A model generated the notes under the pieces. It saw only the letters and a list, made by a program, of their open reading frames with translations, did no database searches and was not told the DNA's origin. 56,713 nucleotides of DNA from positions 76,469,642 to 76,526,354 of the forward strand of contig NC_057718.1 in NCBI RefSeq assembly GCF_004010195.1, read 5' to 3'. This document shows positions 34,666 to 47,434 of this stretch, in pieces. The stretch comes from Chiloscyllium plagiosum (lineage: Eukaryota). The translations under genes and the position numbers were made by a program. How positions within the stretch are numbered: the first letter of the stretch is position 1; every line of letters begins with the position of its first letter.

Positions 34666-37589
34666 AACCACTCTGTCATCCATCTTGATGTTGAGATCAT
34701 CTTGTTCCATTTTTTATGTTTTTCAAAGTGGAGTGGTGAGAACCTCTCTAGGCATTGGCAAGATTCCAATTGATGGGGATTAATGCTTGTTGAATGCCTT
34801 GTTAATGTCACAAATCACCTGATTAATATTCAGATTCCCATCTGGCCAAATGTGCCAAACAGAGTGATCTCATTTCCTTGCACCGAAGAATCTTCATGTT
34901 CCTGTGCCCAAACTGTAGCGCGATCAATGAGGAATAGATAAATGTGCTCTTCCTCTGCAGACATGGACATCCAACACCTACTAACTCATCAGAAGCATCC
35001 CCCTACTCCAATTGTTCACACAGTGCACTCTGGAAACACTAACTTGCAATGCAGGGTGCACCCAATAATTAATGTCGAAATGCTGCAGCTTGGATAATTT
35101 GCACACAGAGATAGGCTCACAGACTGGGCCAGGCTATATCTCAGCGATGTTTCCTTGCTTGCTTAGTGTTTGCTCATATAGCACCCAGCACCATGCTCAC
35201 AGAATCCATTCCTCACCTTGGCTTGATGTGCCACTTAGCGCAGTCACGCAACCAAGCAGCTTGCCTTGCTGGGCAGCAGTCCTCACTCAACGGGGAGTAC
35301 ATCTTGTTGTGTGTTATATCAACCTCATACCATGCACCATGGGGGCAAACACACTGTGTGCAGCAAGTAAACAGTCATGTCTCACTGAAGTCTAGAGAGG
35401 CATCCAGTAATCATGGGTTCCCGAAACAATAAATCAAGCAAAGCCTCTTAATACCAATCAAGAGGATAGTCTACTGTCAGGCATCCAGTCAGGGTGGTCT
35501 CGGTCAATGGGTCTGCACTTCTGCAGTCTACAAGTCAGTCATGGTCAGTCCATGAGTTCTATAGCGGCAGATTCTGGGGTGGTGGTAGTGGTAGTTGGGG
35601 AGAGATGGTTGATGCAGGGGGAAGTGAGGAGGAGTGGAGAGGTTGGGAGTTGGTTGGATAGAGCTTAGGAGATCTCAGCAGCTTAATCTTTGGGACTGGG
35701 GTATGCAGGCTCTGAACAAGGGTACTGTAGAATTGTGGAGGGAGACAGCAGAATGTGCACAGGGACGTACTATAAAGAATCGCTGGGAAGGCTGCAATGC
35801 AGGATGGAGATGTTATCCATAGCCAGGAGTACTCTGGCTTGCAGATGATGGGACAGCGAATGTGGTCACCTCATTTGCTAAAGTCTGGGTGGGAAGGGTT
35901 GGCAGGAGCAGGTTTATGTAGATAGATTGGTCAAGGACTGGGAGAAATGTCAATCCAATGGGATTGAAGTGATGGGCTTCTTGGAAGGGGTGTACCTGCA
36001 AAGTCACTGGAGACCCATGGTGCTGGAAATTGAAAGCACAAAATGAGGAAGGAAATAGTTGCGAGCACTCTCGGACTGGTTGGGGTAAGTGTCTCGACCT
36101 GTGTGGGAATCGTAGTGAACATCCATCATAGAGTTTTTAAAGAGGAAGAACGTTGGTTACAGGCCTATGTAACAGGTTTCCAATTGCCTGGCCATTCTAC
36201 AACACTGACCATCTTTGCATGTTATTGCACACCCACTGCTTAAAAACTCTTTGACAGCTAGGCCTTTGTGCACAGAGGAAGCCAAAGACTGAGAATGTCG
36301 AATGAAGAGAGACATGGGTGTGAGCAGGATTCAACGCTATGTACATGCATGTTCCCCCAGCCTCCAATGTCTCAGTAGCCTCTTAGCATACATCTCCATC
36401 CAATAAGCCTCGTGTGTGGCCATGAGCTGGTGTCAGCTGGTGTGAAAATGTGTTTTGCCCTTAAACAGGGACACTTGCAAACACATACAACATCAAGAAT
36501 ATTTCTGCAAAGATTAGTATTAACTAACAAACCTTCTTCGACCATGTCACCAAAACGCCCTCAGTTGTATTTTTTATAATTTCTCCCTCCCATTGTGTCT
36601 CAGTATATTTCCTGGTTCCATGGCTGGGGTTGGAGGGATACTGCATTTTGTGGAGCCCATTGGCCCTGGCGCCCCATGGGGTTCTTGCATCTGGACATGC
36701 CAGACATGCTTCTTACCAGATGCACTTTTTTTGATGAGTAGTTTCAAGAGCTGAAAGGGACCAGGCAGATTGGAGATGGAGGACATGGCCACTTCTGCAG
36801 TGTCCAGAGTGGAGACTGCTCGGGAGGCTCTGTGCAATTCCACTTCCAGCTGGGTGCTTCCTGACACTGCCTTATCTCCTTGTGAGAAAAGGAGCACCTG
36901 GATTAGGGTCAAGGTACCCCGTCCCCCTGTCAGAAGCCAATCTTCAGTACTGAGGACTAATGGCTGGGTCTGTGAAGCCCAGGCACCAGTGTCTCTTCAG
37001 CAGCCAACCTCCCTGAGGATGCTGGGCCTGTCGCTGAATGCCAGCCACTTGCCTGTGTATGGGGGAAGGGAGACAGTCATAGGACTCACTGCACTGATGC
37101 ATCTCCAGAGCAATGAACACCAACGTGTCATTTCTGCTTGTCTGCTGCTGCTCTCTGTGTATTTGCATAAAGTCCCTGATTATTGATGCTACAGCCTCAT
37201 CTCATGCCTGGTCTTAAGCAGGCACCTGGTCAAAAGCACTGCTCCATGTGCCAGCAGTTTAGGATGTTTCTTTCTCAGCCAACTGAGGAGCTGTCACAGT
37301 GAGGATCTCATCAGACTGTGGTCTGACACTCTGTCTGTTACAGTTCCCATTTGGGCTGGTGGTGGGAGTACAGGAGGCAATCTTGCCAATGACTCCTCAA
37401 ACATCTTGGTTGTTTTCATTCTTAGAGGTCCAGGAAGGTGCTTCTCAAGAGCTTGGAACATTGGAACTTGCAAGATGAAAGAGAAAGAAGGCATCTAGTC
37501 AGTGGTTAGAAGTGGTATGCAATGACTGAGATAGGCATCAGGGTTAAGGGGAGAGTGGCAGTGTCATGCAGAGTGATATGTACTCAGTT

Positions 37590-37739
37590 AGCAGGATGTG
37601 TATGTCTCAGCATCTCCGGTAGAGCAGTCTCTGCCATTTTCTACGAGAGCCGATTCTGTTCTTGTAGGTGTGATGGAACAGAAGTCGGATATTTCCCACC
37701 TATAAGGGCTTGTCCTGCTTTGCAATGGGCTGTCTTTTC
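37590..37739 (-). pseudogene. Putative exon 2 remnant of the Harbinger Myb-like gene
   Basis: Acceptor ttccattacAG followed by EKTAHCKAGQALIGGKYP, resembling the K.AHN......TGGG motif that follows the Myb domain. Confidence 0.5.
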
Positions 37740-38059
37740 CTGTAATGGAAGTAAGGTTGTGGGGGTGATGGGAGTGCAGGGGTTGGAGAGATCCAGTGGA
37801 AGTGTGTGAGCTGACAATGGGTGGAACTGGTGTTGTATGTTGAACAAAGGTAGAGTCAGCACCGATGGCATGCAGGGTTAGTGGGAGGCTGAGGGGGAAA
37901 GCAGATGAGGGAAGTTGTTTCAGGGCATAGTGGGATTGGAAGAGCATGAGCAGCATGAGCAAGTTGGGCCGAAGGGCCTGTTTGCATGCTGACACCTCTA
38001 TGATTCTATGACCCTTGCAGAGAGCTGAGTGCAGTGACAGAGATAGAAGACAAATGCAA

Positions 38060-38700
38060 GAGCAGTTAATAAAGCATACAGTGTCCTTGGCTTTATTAAT
38101 CAGGGCACAATGTACAAGAGCAAGGACTTGATGTTCATTTTGTTAGACTTCGGCTAGTGTATGGTGTATCTGCCACATTGTAAGAAAGATGTGAATGTAT
38201 TTAAAAGAGTGCAGATATGGTTTACAAGAATGGTTCCAGGAATGAGAAACTTCAGTGATGAGGACGGATTGATGAAGTTGGGACTGTTTCCCTTGGAGAC
38301 AAGGAGGCTGGGAAGAGATTTGATTGAGGTTTCAAAATCACGAGCAGGCTGGATACAGCAGTTAAGGAGAAGCTGTTCCCACTTGTTAAAGGAACAAGAA
38401 CAAAAGAACATTGATTTAAAATAGAGTACAGAAGCAGCAAGAGTGATATAAGGATGTTTTTTCACTCTATGAGTAATTAGGGTATGGAAGTAATTAGGGT
38501 ATGGAATTCACTGCCTAGAAGTATATTGAAGGTAGGTTCAATTGTGGCATTCAAGAGGGCGTCAGATAATTATTTAGATAAAAATAATGTGCAAGGGTGT
38601 GGGGAAAAGGCAGTAAATTGGCAAGAGGTAATGATGCTCGTTTGAAGAGTTGGTGTAGCCACAATGGGCTAAATAGCTTCTTTCTGCACTGAAACAATTC
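38060..38700 (+). mobile_element. CR1 3' fragment inserted between the two Myb-gene remnants
   Basis: PHCKKDVNVFKRVQIWFTRMVPGMRNFSDEDGLMKLGLFPLETRRLGRDLIEV; tail gggctaaatagcttctttctgcactg. Confidence 0.85.
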
Positions 38701-38759
38701 TGTGAAAGAGTGTGAGGTAGTAGAGAGAAGAGTGTAATACTTTGTGTGATGGAGTAAGA

Positions 38760-39019
38760 AGCTTAGTGACCATCCTTCTGCATTGCTGAAGCTTCCTCTG
38801 TATCCTGGAGATAGTACTTACCCTGGCGGTGACCTCAGACCAAACTGGCAGAGTCTGGTAGCTCATCCTCTTCTGGCAATGCTCCAGGAAGAGATTACCT
38901 TTTTGCTGCACCTCCCCTTTGACTAGAGCTTCCAGGTCCCTGTCAGAGAATTGCAGTGGCATCTTGCCCTTTTCTTGATATCCTGTGCAGGGTAGCTGCA
39001 CAATGGCTGTACACACCAT
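38760..39019 (-). pseudogene. Harbinger-associated Myb/SANT (NAIF1-like) DNA-binding gene, exon 1 remnant
   Basis: QFSDRDLEALVKGEVQQKGNLF...TLPVWSEVTARVSTISRIQRKLQQCRRMVTKL fits the F(S/T)..EL..L...LF...W..VA..V....R...QC.KK..DL Myb_DNA-bind_5 pattern. Confidence 0.7.
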
Positions 39020-40154
39020 TGTCCAGAGCTGCTTTTTAAAGATGGCACAAGTGCAAGAAATGCTAGTGTTTCAGTGGATTCCCACTGAGTAGCAAATTGT
39101 TCCAAAAACAGAAACAATGGTGACATGGAATGGAAACGAGATATGGGAGATACCAAAGGGGCAGGGTAAGTAAGAAACCCCATTGAATCTGTTTTTCCAT
39201 GCAATATGATCACAACCAACCCTTCACACCAAAATCATATTCCCCCTCTAGTTCAATGACATCACCACTATGCCACCATCTCCCCATAATCCGTGATAGA
39301 ATGGCCATGTAGAGATTCTGGATAATGTAAACCTAAACAATACACCAGAATTGCTCATCCATGTTTGGCAGTTCATCTATTTTTAGTTAATGCAGCTTAA
39401 ACTGAAAAATCTTCTGGGACAAGTTCAATTTGTGATCAAGCCCAGGTATCTTTCTGTGTTACAGAGTATTACTATAAAATATAATTCAGTGTTGAATGGA
39501 GTTATTGACATCCTTCCACTTTTATAGATCTGCAATCAAAAATACTTGACACATTAATAGTGAGCCAACTCAATAAGATTCAGATATCTGGATATATTGA
39601 AGATTACAATTTCAGAAACCAAAAGAATGTACTCCAGCAATTGAAAAAACGTACAATTGGCAAATACAAATGGCAGCAGCATGTGGTGGGGGGAGGGAGG
39701 GCGAGACATTGTAAATGTTTATTTAACCACAGAAGAGATTGTGTGGCTTAGGTTCTTGGCTTCAGTTACCTCCCCTTATCCACAGATATGGAGTTTTCCA
39801 TAATTCATTTTCAGTTCCATGCTACATAATGCGTAGGTCAGACAGAATGTCTACAAGTTGTTCTCAACCAACTTCGTGGATCCAAAACAAAATTAAAAAT
39901 TGAGCTAAGCAGTTTGAGAATAAAGGGAAAGTTTTTTTTAGCAACAACTCTTTGATAGTTTCATAGTACACGATTTGGCTTCAAGAAACATTACAGTTCC
40001 AATTGCTGTTATGAGGTTTATAAGCTTGTTTACGCTTTAGAGATGTGTCTTTAAGCTAAATGAAAAGGTTCATGTGACTTCTTCTGAAGTCTCCCTGACA
40101 AATCTAGTTGGCTTGATTGTTAGAGATTAAAGGGGTCTAACAAAGAACCTTCCA

Positions 40155-40491
40155 ACATAGGAACAGACCCTTCGGCCCTCCAAGCCTGCGCCGATCCAGA
40201 TCCTCTATCTCAACCTGTTGTCTATTTTCCAAAGATCTGTATTGCTCTGCTCCCTGCCCATTCATGTATCTGTTTAGATATACCTTAAATGACGCTATCG
40301 TGACGCCTGTACCACCCCCGCTGGCAACGCATTCCAGGCATCCTCCACCCTCTGCGTAAAGAACCTTCCACGCATATTTCCCTTAAACTTTTCCCCTCTC
40401 ACCTTGAAGTCGTGACCCCTACTAATTGAGACCCCAATCTGGGAAAAGCTTTTTGCTATCCACCCTGTCCAAACCTCTCATGATTTTGTAG
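40155..40491 (-). mobile_element. CR1 3' fragment
   Basis: YKIMRGLDRVDSKKLFP on the minus strand; tail acataggaacagacccttcggccc. Confidence 0.85.
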
Positions 40492-42269
40492 AGTAACGTG
40501 GTTTGACAGTTAAGAAAATGCAAGGTATTTACATTTGGAGACAGTGCAGCAGCTAACAGTGAGTCTCCAATGAGAATATCATGTTGAAAATAGTTGTACT
40601 TTAAACTGCCTATTACTTCCAAGAGAGTAAATGAGAATGTAAGTCTCCAGGATAACTGACCAGCACCTCTACCTGGATATAAAATGCATTTGGTTTCTGT
40701 TGGCACGGCAATGAGCTTTAAGATTGGAAAGGTAGAGTAGAAGTTCATGAGATGTTGGGTTATCAGTTTTCCTAAATTATCACAGAATATCACAGACAAG
40801 TTAATTTGCCAAGATCAAGGAGAGAGGGGGAGAGAGAGAAAGAGCAGCAAGAGGCTGGAAGTTTCTATTGTTTCCCCTATTCTGGAATGCGGATGAAAGC
40901 TTTTGCTTGGATTAGAAAGACCAAATTCAAAGTGTGTCAAAATGACGATGGAAAGTTTGCCTGGCTTTAGTGAGAGGGCGAATTCCCCAAGAAAATTTGC
41001 ACCATGAAATACATTTCTGGTGTTAAAAGTCTCCAAGCTGTAAGGTAAAAATATGGAGAGTAAACACTTGGGAACATAGGATCATTTTTGATTGAATCTG
41101 GGAGGATGAATGTGTCCTCAAAAGAATATATAATATAAATCTAATCATTTTTCTTGTGTTGCATTAAATGTTCTGTTTTGTGGTTGAAGTTAATATAGCC
41201 TACAAAAACTAGCCTGAATACTCCAATGACTACATGATAATTGAAGTAGTGTAGACAGAAATTGTGAGTTGGGACCAAATGGACTCCCAGTTACAGCAGA
41301 GTCCATGGGAATTGACTGGAAAATTGATGACTTCACTGAAAACTTTCCCACCTCTGGAACCCTTGAAGAAATCCCTAAATCCATGAGAATTTAGAGGGTT
41401 CCACTTCTGATAATTTACTAGTTACCTAGGAAATGTTACACAATTAAAAGCTTAGTTAAAATCCCATGCAACTATGATGTTGAGCCCCAACTTGTCACAC
41501 GCCCCTTCAACTGCACCTCTCCTAGCCGCTTATACCTCCTGGACCCAAGACAACTAATTGAGTCCTGCTCCATACCAACTGGCTCATCCCCAACTGAAAT
41601 ATCTTATCGATTTTCAGGGAAGGCTTCTCTCCAGGAGGATCTTTTGCCACATCTTACCGAACTTGCCTCATTTTTACCACACTTCTATGGCATCATCCAA
41701 TTCTAGCCCAGTGTTACCACTTGCTGTACCTGGAATGGCTTTCCACTGCCAGGATGTCGCTGAATGGTCTGGCTTCTCTGGCATTTGTGCTAACTTTAAA
41801 GGCCATTGGGTACCTGGACTAACATTGTAAGTCCAGATCTGACCCAGATAGTTCCTGACATTTGCCCCAGGCATGGCAGACCAGTGAAAAGTGACATTTC
41901 ACTTTGTGGACAAGGACCTAGTGGATGAGACGATGTAGAGTCAGATGTCATCTTCTCCTGGACCAGCAGAGGGTGCCACAACACCAGACCTAGGTCAGTG
42001 TAGTTTCAGCCATCTGGAGGGAGGCAGGTGAAGGTCAATGTCCTTCTCCCACTCCACCAGTATAAGTGCCAGTTTCTTCTGACATTCACTCTAGTTCTGC
42101 TACTGCACACACCCCCCACCAAGGCTCATATACTGCCACTCTTACGAGGGCCTACAATATCTCTGACCCACCTCAACTCTCAACTCTTTGCAGGTCCTCT
42201 GTGCTGCTTGGGAAACCTCCCCGCCTGCACCAAAAGTGACAGTAATGCCATCCACTTCATCTCCCTAAA

Positions 42270-42458
42270 TAGAGTCATAGAGGTATACAGCATGGAAACA
42301 GACCCTTCAGTCCAACCCGTCCATGCCGACCAGATATCCCAACCTAATCTAGTCCCACCTTCCAGCACCTGGTCCATATCCCTCCAAACCCTTCCTATTC
42401 ATATACCCATCCAAATGCCTCTTAAATGTTGCAATTGTACCAGCCTCCACCACTTCCT
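42270..42458 (-). mobile_element. CR1 3' UTR/tail fragment
   Basis: tagagtcatagaggtatacagcatggaaacagacccttcagtccaacccgtccatgccgacc. Confidence 0.85.
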
Positions 42459-42799
42459 TGTCTCGTTCCAGGAGAAAAACTGACCCCAAATGGGAAGAAA
42501 AACTCAAGATAGCTACTGGGTTGTCTCATTTTTGAGTCCTCATCCTTTCTGAGAGGATCCTAACTCTCATCTTGACTTGAGTGAGGGCTGCTGACAACCA
42601 TGACAAGTAATGATTGGTGTGGGAGAAATAGACTCTAATTCGTGAGGCACTGGCAGCAGTTCTGGTGAAAGAGAGAATGAGATGGGTTTCATTTGAACAA
42701 TGCTGGAACCAGTTTCTGGGGCTGTAGATAGGGCTGTAAACTAAATAGTGGGATGAAGATTCAATTGAAGGCAACTTCAGAAAAATCAAAAAGAATCAA

Positions 42800-45200
42800 G
42801 AGAGATGTGCAGTGTAGTAAAGAGGTGAACGATAATCAAAGTGCAAAAGTTAGAACCAGAGGGGGTAATAATAGAAAAAAACATAAAGTTTAAGGTTTTT
42901 TTGGAACTTATGCAGAATTTGTTGGAAAATGATGAGTTGACTGCAGATACAGAAATAAATTATATGACCTTATAGATGTTCAAGACATGGTTATAAGATG
43001 ACCGAGGCTGCACACTCAATATTCAGAGGTATTCAACATTCTAGAAGAATAGGCGATAAGGAAAAGGGGATTGGATAGCTTTGTTAATAAAGGAAAGTAT
43101 TAGTGTGGTGGTGTGTGAATGGGAAGATCTTGTAACAATCTCTATCATGAGGCATAACGTACTTGACAAGGTAATGGGACTACTCTTTGAGAATATGTCA
43201 CACTGTAGACTTGGATCTGAAATGGAAAGTGTACACACTCTGTTGATGACCTGGATATATAATTCTATGAATGGAGAATGAGACTAGCTGGATAAATCTT
43301 ATGGGAGCCAGTACAGGCGTGATAGGCTGAATGATCTGCTATACTGTAAAATTCCATGATTCTATGACTAAAGGCAGGACCTAATTGCCTGGTTTTAAAG
43401 GAAGTGGCTGCAGAGATAGTGGAGGCATTGGTCAAGATATTCCAAAATTCATTGGATTCTAGGAGGGTCTCTGCTAAAGTGACACCCTTGTTCAAGAGGG
43501 AGGGAACAGAAAACAGAAAACTATAGACTTAGCCCAGCATCTGTCATTGGGAAAATGCTAGAGTCCATTTTTAGGGAAGAAATATCAGGGCACTTAGAAA
43601 AACTTCACACTATCAAATAGAATCAACATGGTTCTGTGAAAGGGAAATAAGGTTTGTAAAATTTGCTACAATTCTTTAAGGATATAACAAGCAGGTTTAA
43701 TAAGGGATGTTTACAGTGTATTTGGATTTCCAAAAAGCATTCAATAAGCTGTCACAAAAAAGCTAATTGCACAAGATATGATTTCATGTTATTGGGGGTA
43801 ATGTATAAGCATTGATTGACGGTTGGGCGGCACGGTGGCACAGTGGTTAGCACTGTTGCCTCACAACGCCAGAGACCTGGGTTCATTTCCCGCCTCGGGC
43901 AACTTTCTGTGTGAAGTTTGCACATTCTCCCCGTGTCTGCGTGCTCCGGTTTCCTCCCACAGCCCAAAAATGTGCAGGTTAGGTGAATTGGCCATGCTAA
44001 ATTGCCTGTAGTGTTAGATGTAGGGGAATGGGTCTGGATGGGTTGCTCTTCGGAGGGTCGGTGTGGACTAGTTGGGCCGAAGGGCCTGTTTCCACACTGT
44101 AGGTAATCTAAAAAAAACACATAGGAGACAGTGAATTGGGATGAAGGGATTTTCTTCAGGTTGGAAAGATTTAACAAATGGAGTATCATATCACTCAGTC
44201 CTTGGGCTCAATTATTTACTATTTATATCAATGATGTGAAGGAGGAGGTAGAAAGTAATGTATTCAAGTCTTTTAAGGTTACAAAGTAAGTGGGAGGGCA
44301 TGTAATGGGTCATAAAGAATCTGCAAGGGGCTATAGATAATTGAGTGAATCGGCAAAATCCTGACAGATGGAGTTTCATGTAGGAATGTGTCATGTCAAA
44401 GAATTTTGGTCAAAGAATCAAAACACAGGCTATTATTTAAATGAAGAGACAATCCAAAAAAGTGCAGCTCGGAGAGATCTGGATGTTCCAGTGCATGAAA
44501 ACTGAAATGTAAGCAAACAGGTACAGCAAGTAATTAAGAAACAAATTGAATTCCGGCCCTCCATAGTGGGTGGAGGGATGGTGGCGGGCTGGGTATGGGT
44601 TTCAAAACCAGTGAAGTTTTGTTACAACTGTGTTAGGCTGCACCTGGAGAACTTTGTGCAGTTTTGATGTGCATGTTTAAAAAAGAATATATTGACATTG
44701 GAGGCTATTCAAAAGAAATTTACTAGGCTGATTGAAGGGGCTAATTTATCAAGCATGGCAAAACAGCTTAGAATCTTTATTCATAAGAGAAGAATGAGGG
44801 ACAATCTTACTGGAACATACAAGATTCTGAGGGGACTTGAGAGTTACGTGTTGCGAAGATGTTTCCCCTTGGTGGTGCGGGGTGGAATCTTGGCCTAGGG
44901 GACATGGTTACAGAATAAGTGAATACTCACTTAAAGCTGAGGACAAAGGAACATCTTCTCCCAGAGGATGGTGAAAGTCTGAAATTCTCTACCCCAGAGA
45001 TTTGTGGAAATTAGATCACTGAGAAAAAATTAAAGAGGAGGTGAATAGATTTTGTAACTATCAGGGAGTTGACGGTTATAAGGAGCTGGCATGAAAGAAG
45101 AATTGAGGCTTAAGGCAGATCGGCCATGATCATGTTAAATGGTCGGACAGGCTTGAGGGTCCAAATGGCCTACTCTGTTCCTATTTTTAAGTCATTATGC
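42800..45200 (+). mobile_element. Old fragmented CR1 (endonuclease to 3' tail) containing an HE1 insertion
   Basis: VLKEVAAEIVEALVKIFQNSLDS, VYLDFQKAFNK, LEAIQKKFTRLI, YKILRGL; tail ggcttgagggtccaaatggcctactc. Confidence 0.8.
43825..44110 (+). mobile_element. HE1 SINE (near full length)
   Basis: gggcggcacggtggcacagtggttagcactg...gggccgaagggcctgtttccacactgtaggtaatcta. Confidence 0.93.
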
Positions 45201-45559
45201 TTTATGTAAGCTTCCTGCCTTGGTGTTTGCTGTAAACGGCAAAGCAGTAGGCAGCATTGTGTGCCTGCTGTCCCTATTTAAGGGACAACATGCAAAAGGT
45301 AAAGTAAGGTAAGGCAATGCAGAGATGTTGTGATTATTCAGGTCAGCTCAAGCTGAGTGGGTGTTAAGAGAGTGAACAAACAGCTGGAGATGCAGCCAGG
45401 TCCGGGCATGAGCTGGGTACATGTTCCTGAGAACATAGTCTCCTTGTTGTAAAATTGAAATACAGAAGAATGCACTACGTGAGTTGGAGATTTTACATCA
45501 AGAGGATGGCACATGTTGGATGACAATGTCCATGGAGAATGCCCTGAGATGTTACTGCA

Positions 45560-45870
45560 TGGTGACCAACATTGAGAGTCTTGACAGTGTTCATGGTTTG
45601 AGTCCACCATGGTAGATGATGCAATTTGAATTCAATAAAAAAAAGAATTAAAAAAATCTAGCCTAATGTCAACCATTTGAAAACTGTAAATTGTCATAAA
45701 GCTCATCTGGATCACTAATGTCCTTTAGGGATTAAGGAAATCTGCTGCTCTTGCCTGGTTTACCCTACAAGTCACACCAGCCCCACAGCAATATGGTTGA
45801 CTCTTAACTGCTCTATGGGAAATTAGGAATGGGCAATAAATGCTAGCCTCGCCAGTAATGTCCATAAACA
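45560..45870 (+). mobile_element. Second-family tRNA SINE with LINE-derived tail
   Basis: aatttgaattcaataaa...catctggatcactaatgtcctttaggg...tggttgactcttaactgctct...aattaggaatgggcaataaatgctagcctcgccag. Confidence 0.7.
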
Positions 45871-47434
45871 AATTTTTTAAAAATTCCCCTCAATAGGCAA
45901 CTCGCCACTGCCTAGTAAGAATCTCACCTCTCTGACTGGAACTAAATGAAAAGATGCAGCAAGTTATTCCTTAGACTGAAAGAGACCTTTCTGGACTTCT
46001 CACATCATTCTGCCACATTTCTCACCATAGCCCATGTTGTTCAGGATTCCACCCACAGTGTTCAGTCAAATGCTTTTAGCCTATTACAATAAATGTTTTC
46101 AAATACAAAACCTTGTTATGTCAATGTTTGGCTCTGTAATGTAAGATCAGATTTCTTTTTTAATGTTATTGGTCTCTATGGGGATTGTAACACACTCAAT
46201 AATTTAGTGACAGTTGTTTGACAGGCTACTTTAAAAGTTAATGTCTTATTTATAACTGAAGGATGCATGCCAACACAGTTATGAAAGCTTTTTTTTCCTT
46301 GGGCAGCTTTCTTACAATTAATTGACAAATTTAGTTGGAAGTAGTTCTGTATCACATTGATGATTTTAGTAACACATTCAAATACAGCTCGGCACGATTT
46401 GCAGTTTAATTTTCCTGACATTATACAGATGTGATGGATGGATTGTACAGTCGAACTGAAGTCATGATAGATATAAAATGAAAACCTGTAAATCCCTAAG
46501 ATGCTGCTTTCCCAGCGATGCCATATTTCCCAACTATCTTATTCCAGAGGGAGGTCAATGAGTGAGTCAAGGCAAAAAGGAATTCCACCTTGAATTTCCA
46601 CATGAAAGGAAGTTGCAATCACTGTTACAAGACATTTACTTCAGGGAGGAAATGTTAGAGGAAGCATTGTATATTACATTTTATTCTTCTGAGGATTTGA
46701 AAGCCGCCTGCCAGATTCTACTTCATTAAAGATGGTAAATGATGGATCTCAACATCTGTTTAGCTCCAGACAAAAAAAATATTAAAAGTCTGTTGTTGAT
46801 CAAGATGGAATAATTGTCTGAATATCTGGAAAAAAATTAGTTCAGCAAATCTTTTTTGAAGTTGAAGGTTTTAGTGATATAGATCACAAGAGCATTATTG
46901 TGTTGGGTCCATTCAATACAATTGCTTGAAAATGATATAGGCAATTGGGTGTTATCATTTCCTGGTCACAAAGGTGGTATCATTGGGAATTTAGGAACTT
47001 AGGGAACTTAAGAGCTCCAGTTTCACTATGGATGACCATGTTTACTAAAGCAAAGAGGGAATTCCTAAACTAGTTAAATCATTGATTAGACCACACTTTG
47101 AATATTAGTGGTCTTTTGACTTTGGGCAATTGTGTGAGTTGGGTGATTATCAGATCAGTCAAAAATTGTTAATGTTATCATTGGAAGTTAAAACTATTCC
47201 CAGTTTCAGGTGCTTTGGTTTGGGAAAGAAATCAAGACCTGCGTGTAGAGGAGATTCTGCCATTCCCAAATTACAATCTTTAGTAATGGGGGGAGACTGG
47301 TGAGGCTGAGTTCTTTTTTATTTTGAAAGCAAACAAGGGTTAAGAGTAGAATTAATTAGCCTATTCAGAATAATTAATAGTTTTGGTAAAGTTAATAAAG
47401 TAAAAATTCTTAATTAGTTAGTGAATTTGTTTTT

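Larger units (their letters stand above)
35000..39240 (-). mobile_element. Decayed PIF/Harbinger DNA transposon (boundaries uncertain)
   Basis: Myb/SANT-like gene remnants at 38760-39019 and 37590-37739; only faint HARBI1-like transposase traces near 35760-35870 and 35460-35490. Confidence 0.55.

Noticed and set aside
38473..38506. 17-bp tandem duplication (similar ones near 3551, 20111, 23428)
   Set aside because: Ordinary slippage duplications within decayed repeats
40970..42260. GC-richer unexplained block, possibly a non-autonomous DNA transposon (similar blocks at 11050-11560 and 17850-18320)
   Set aside because: No convincing terminal repeats, TSD or coding motif visible by eye
43825..43895. 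tRNA-like sequences with A and B boxes
   Set aside because: They continue directly into SINE bodies, so they are SINE heads rather than tRNA genes
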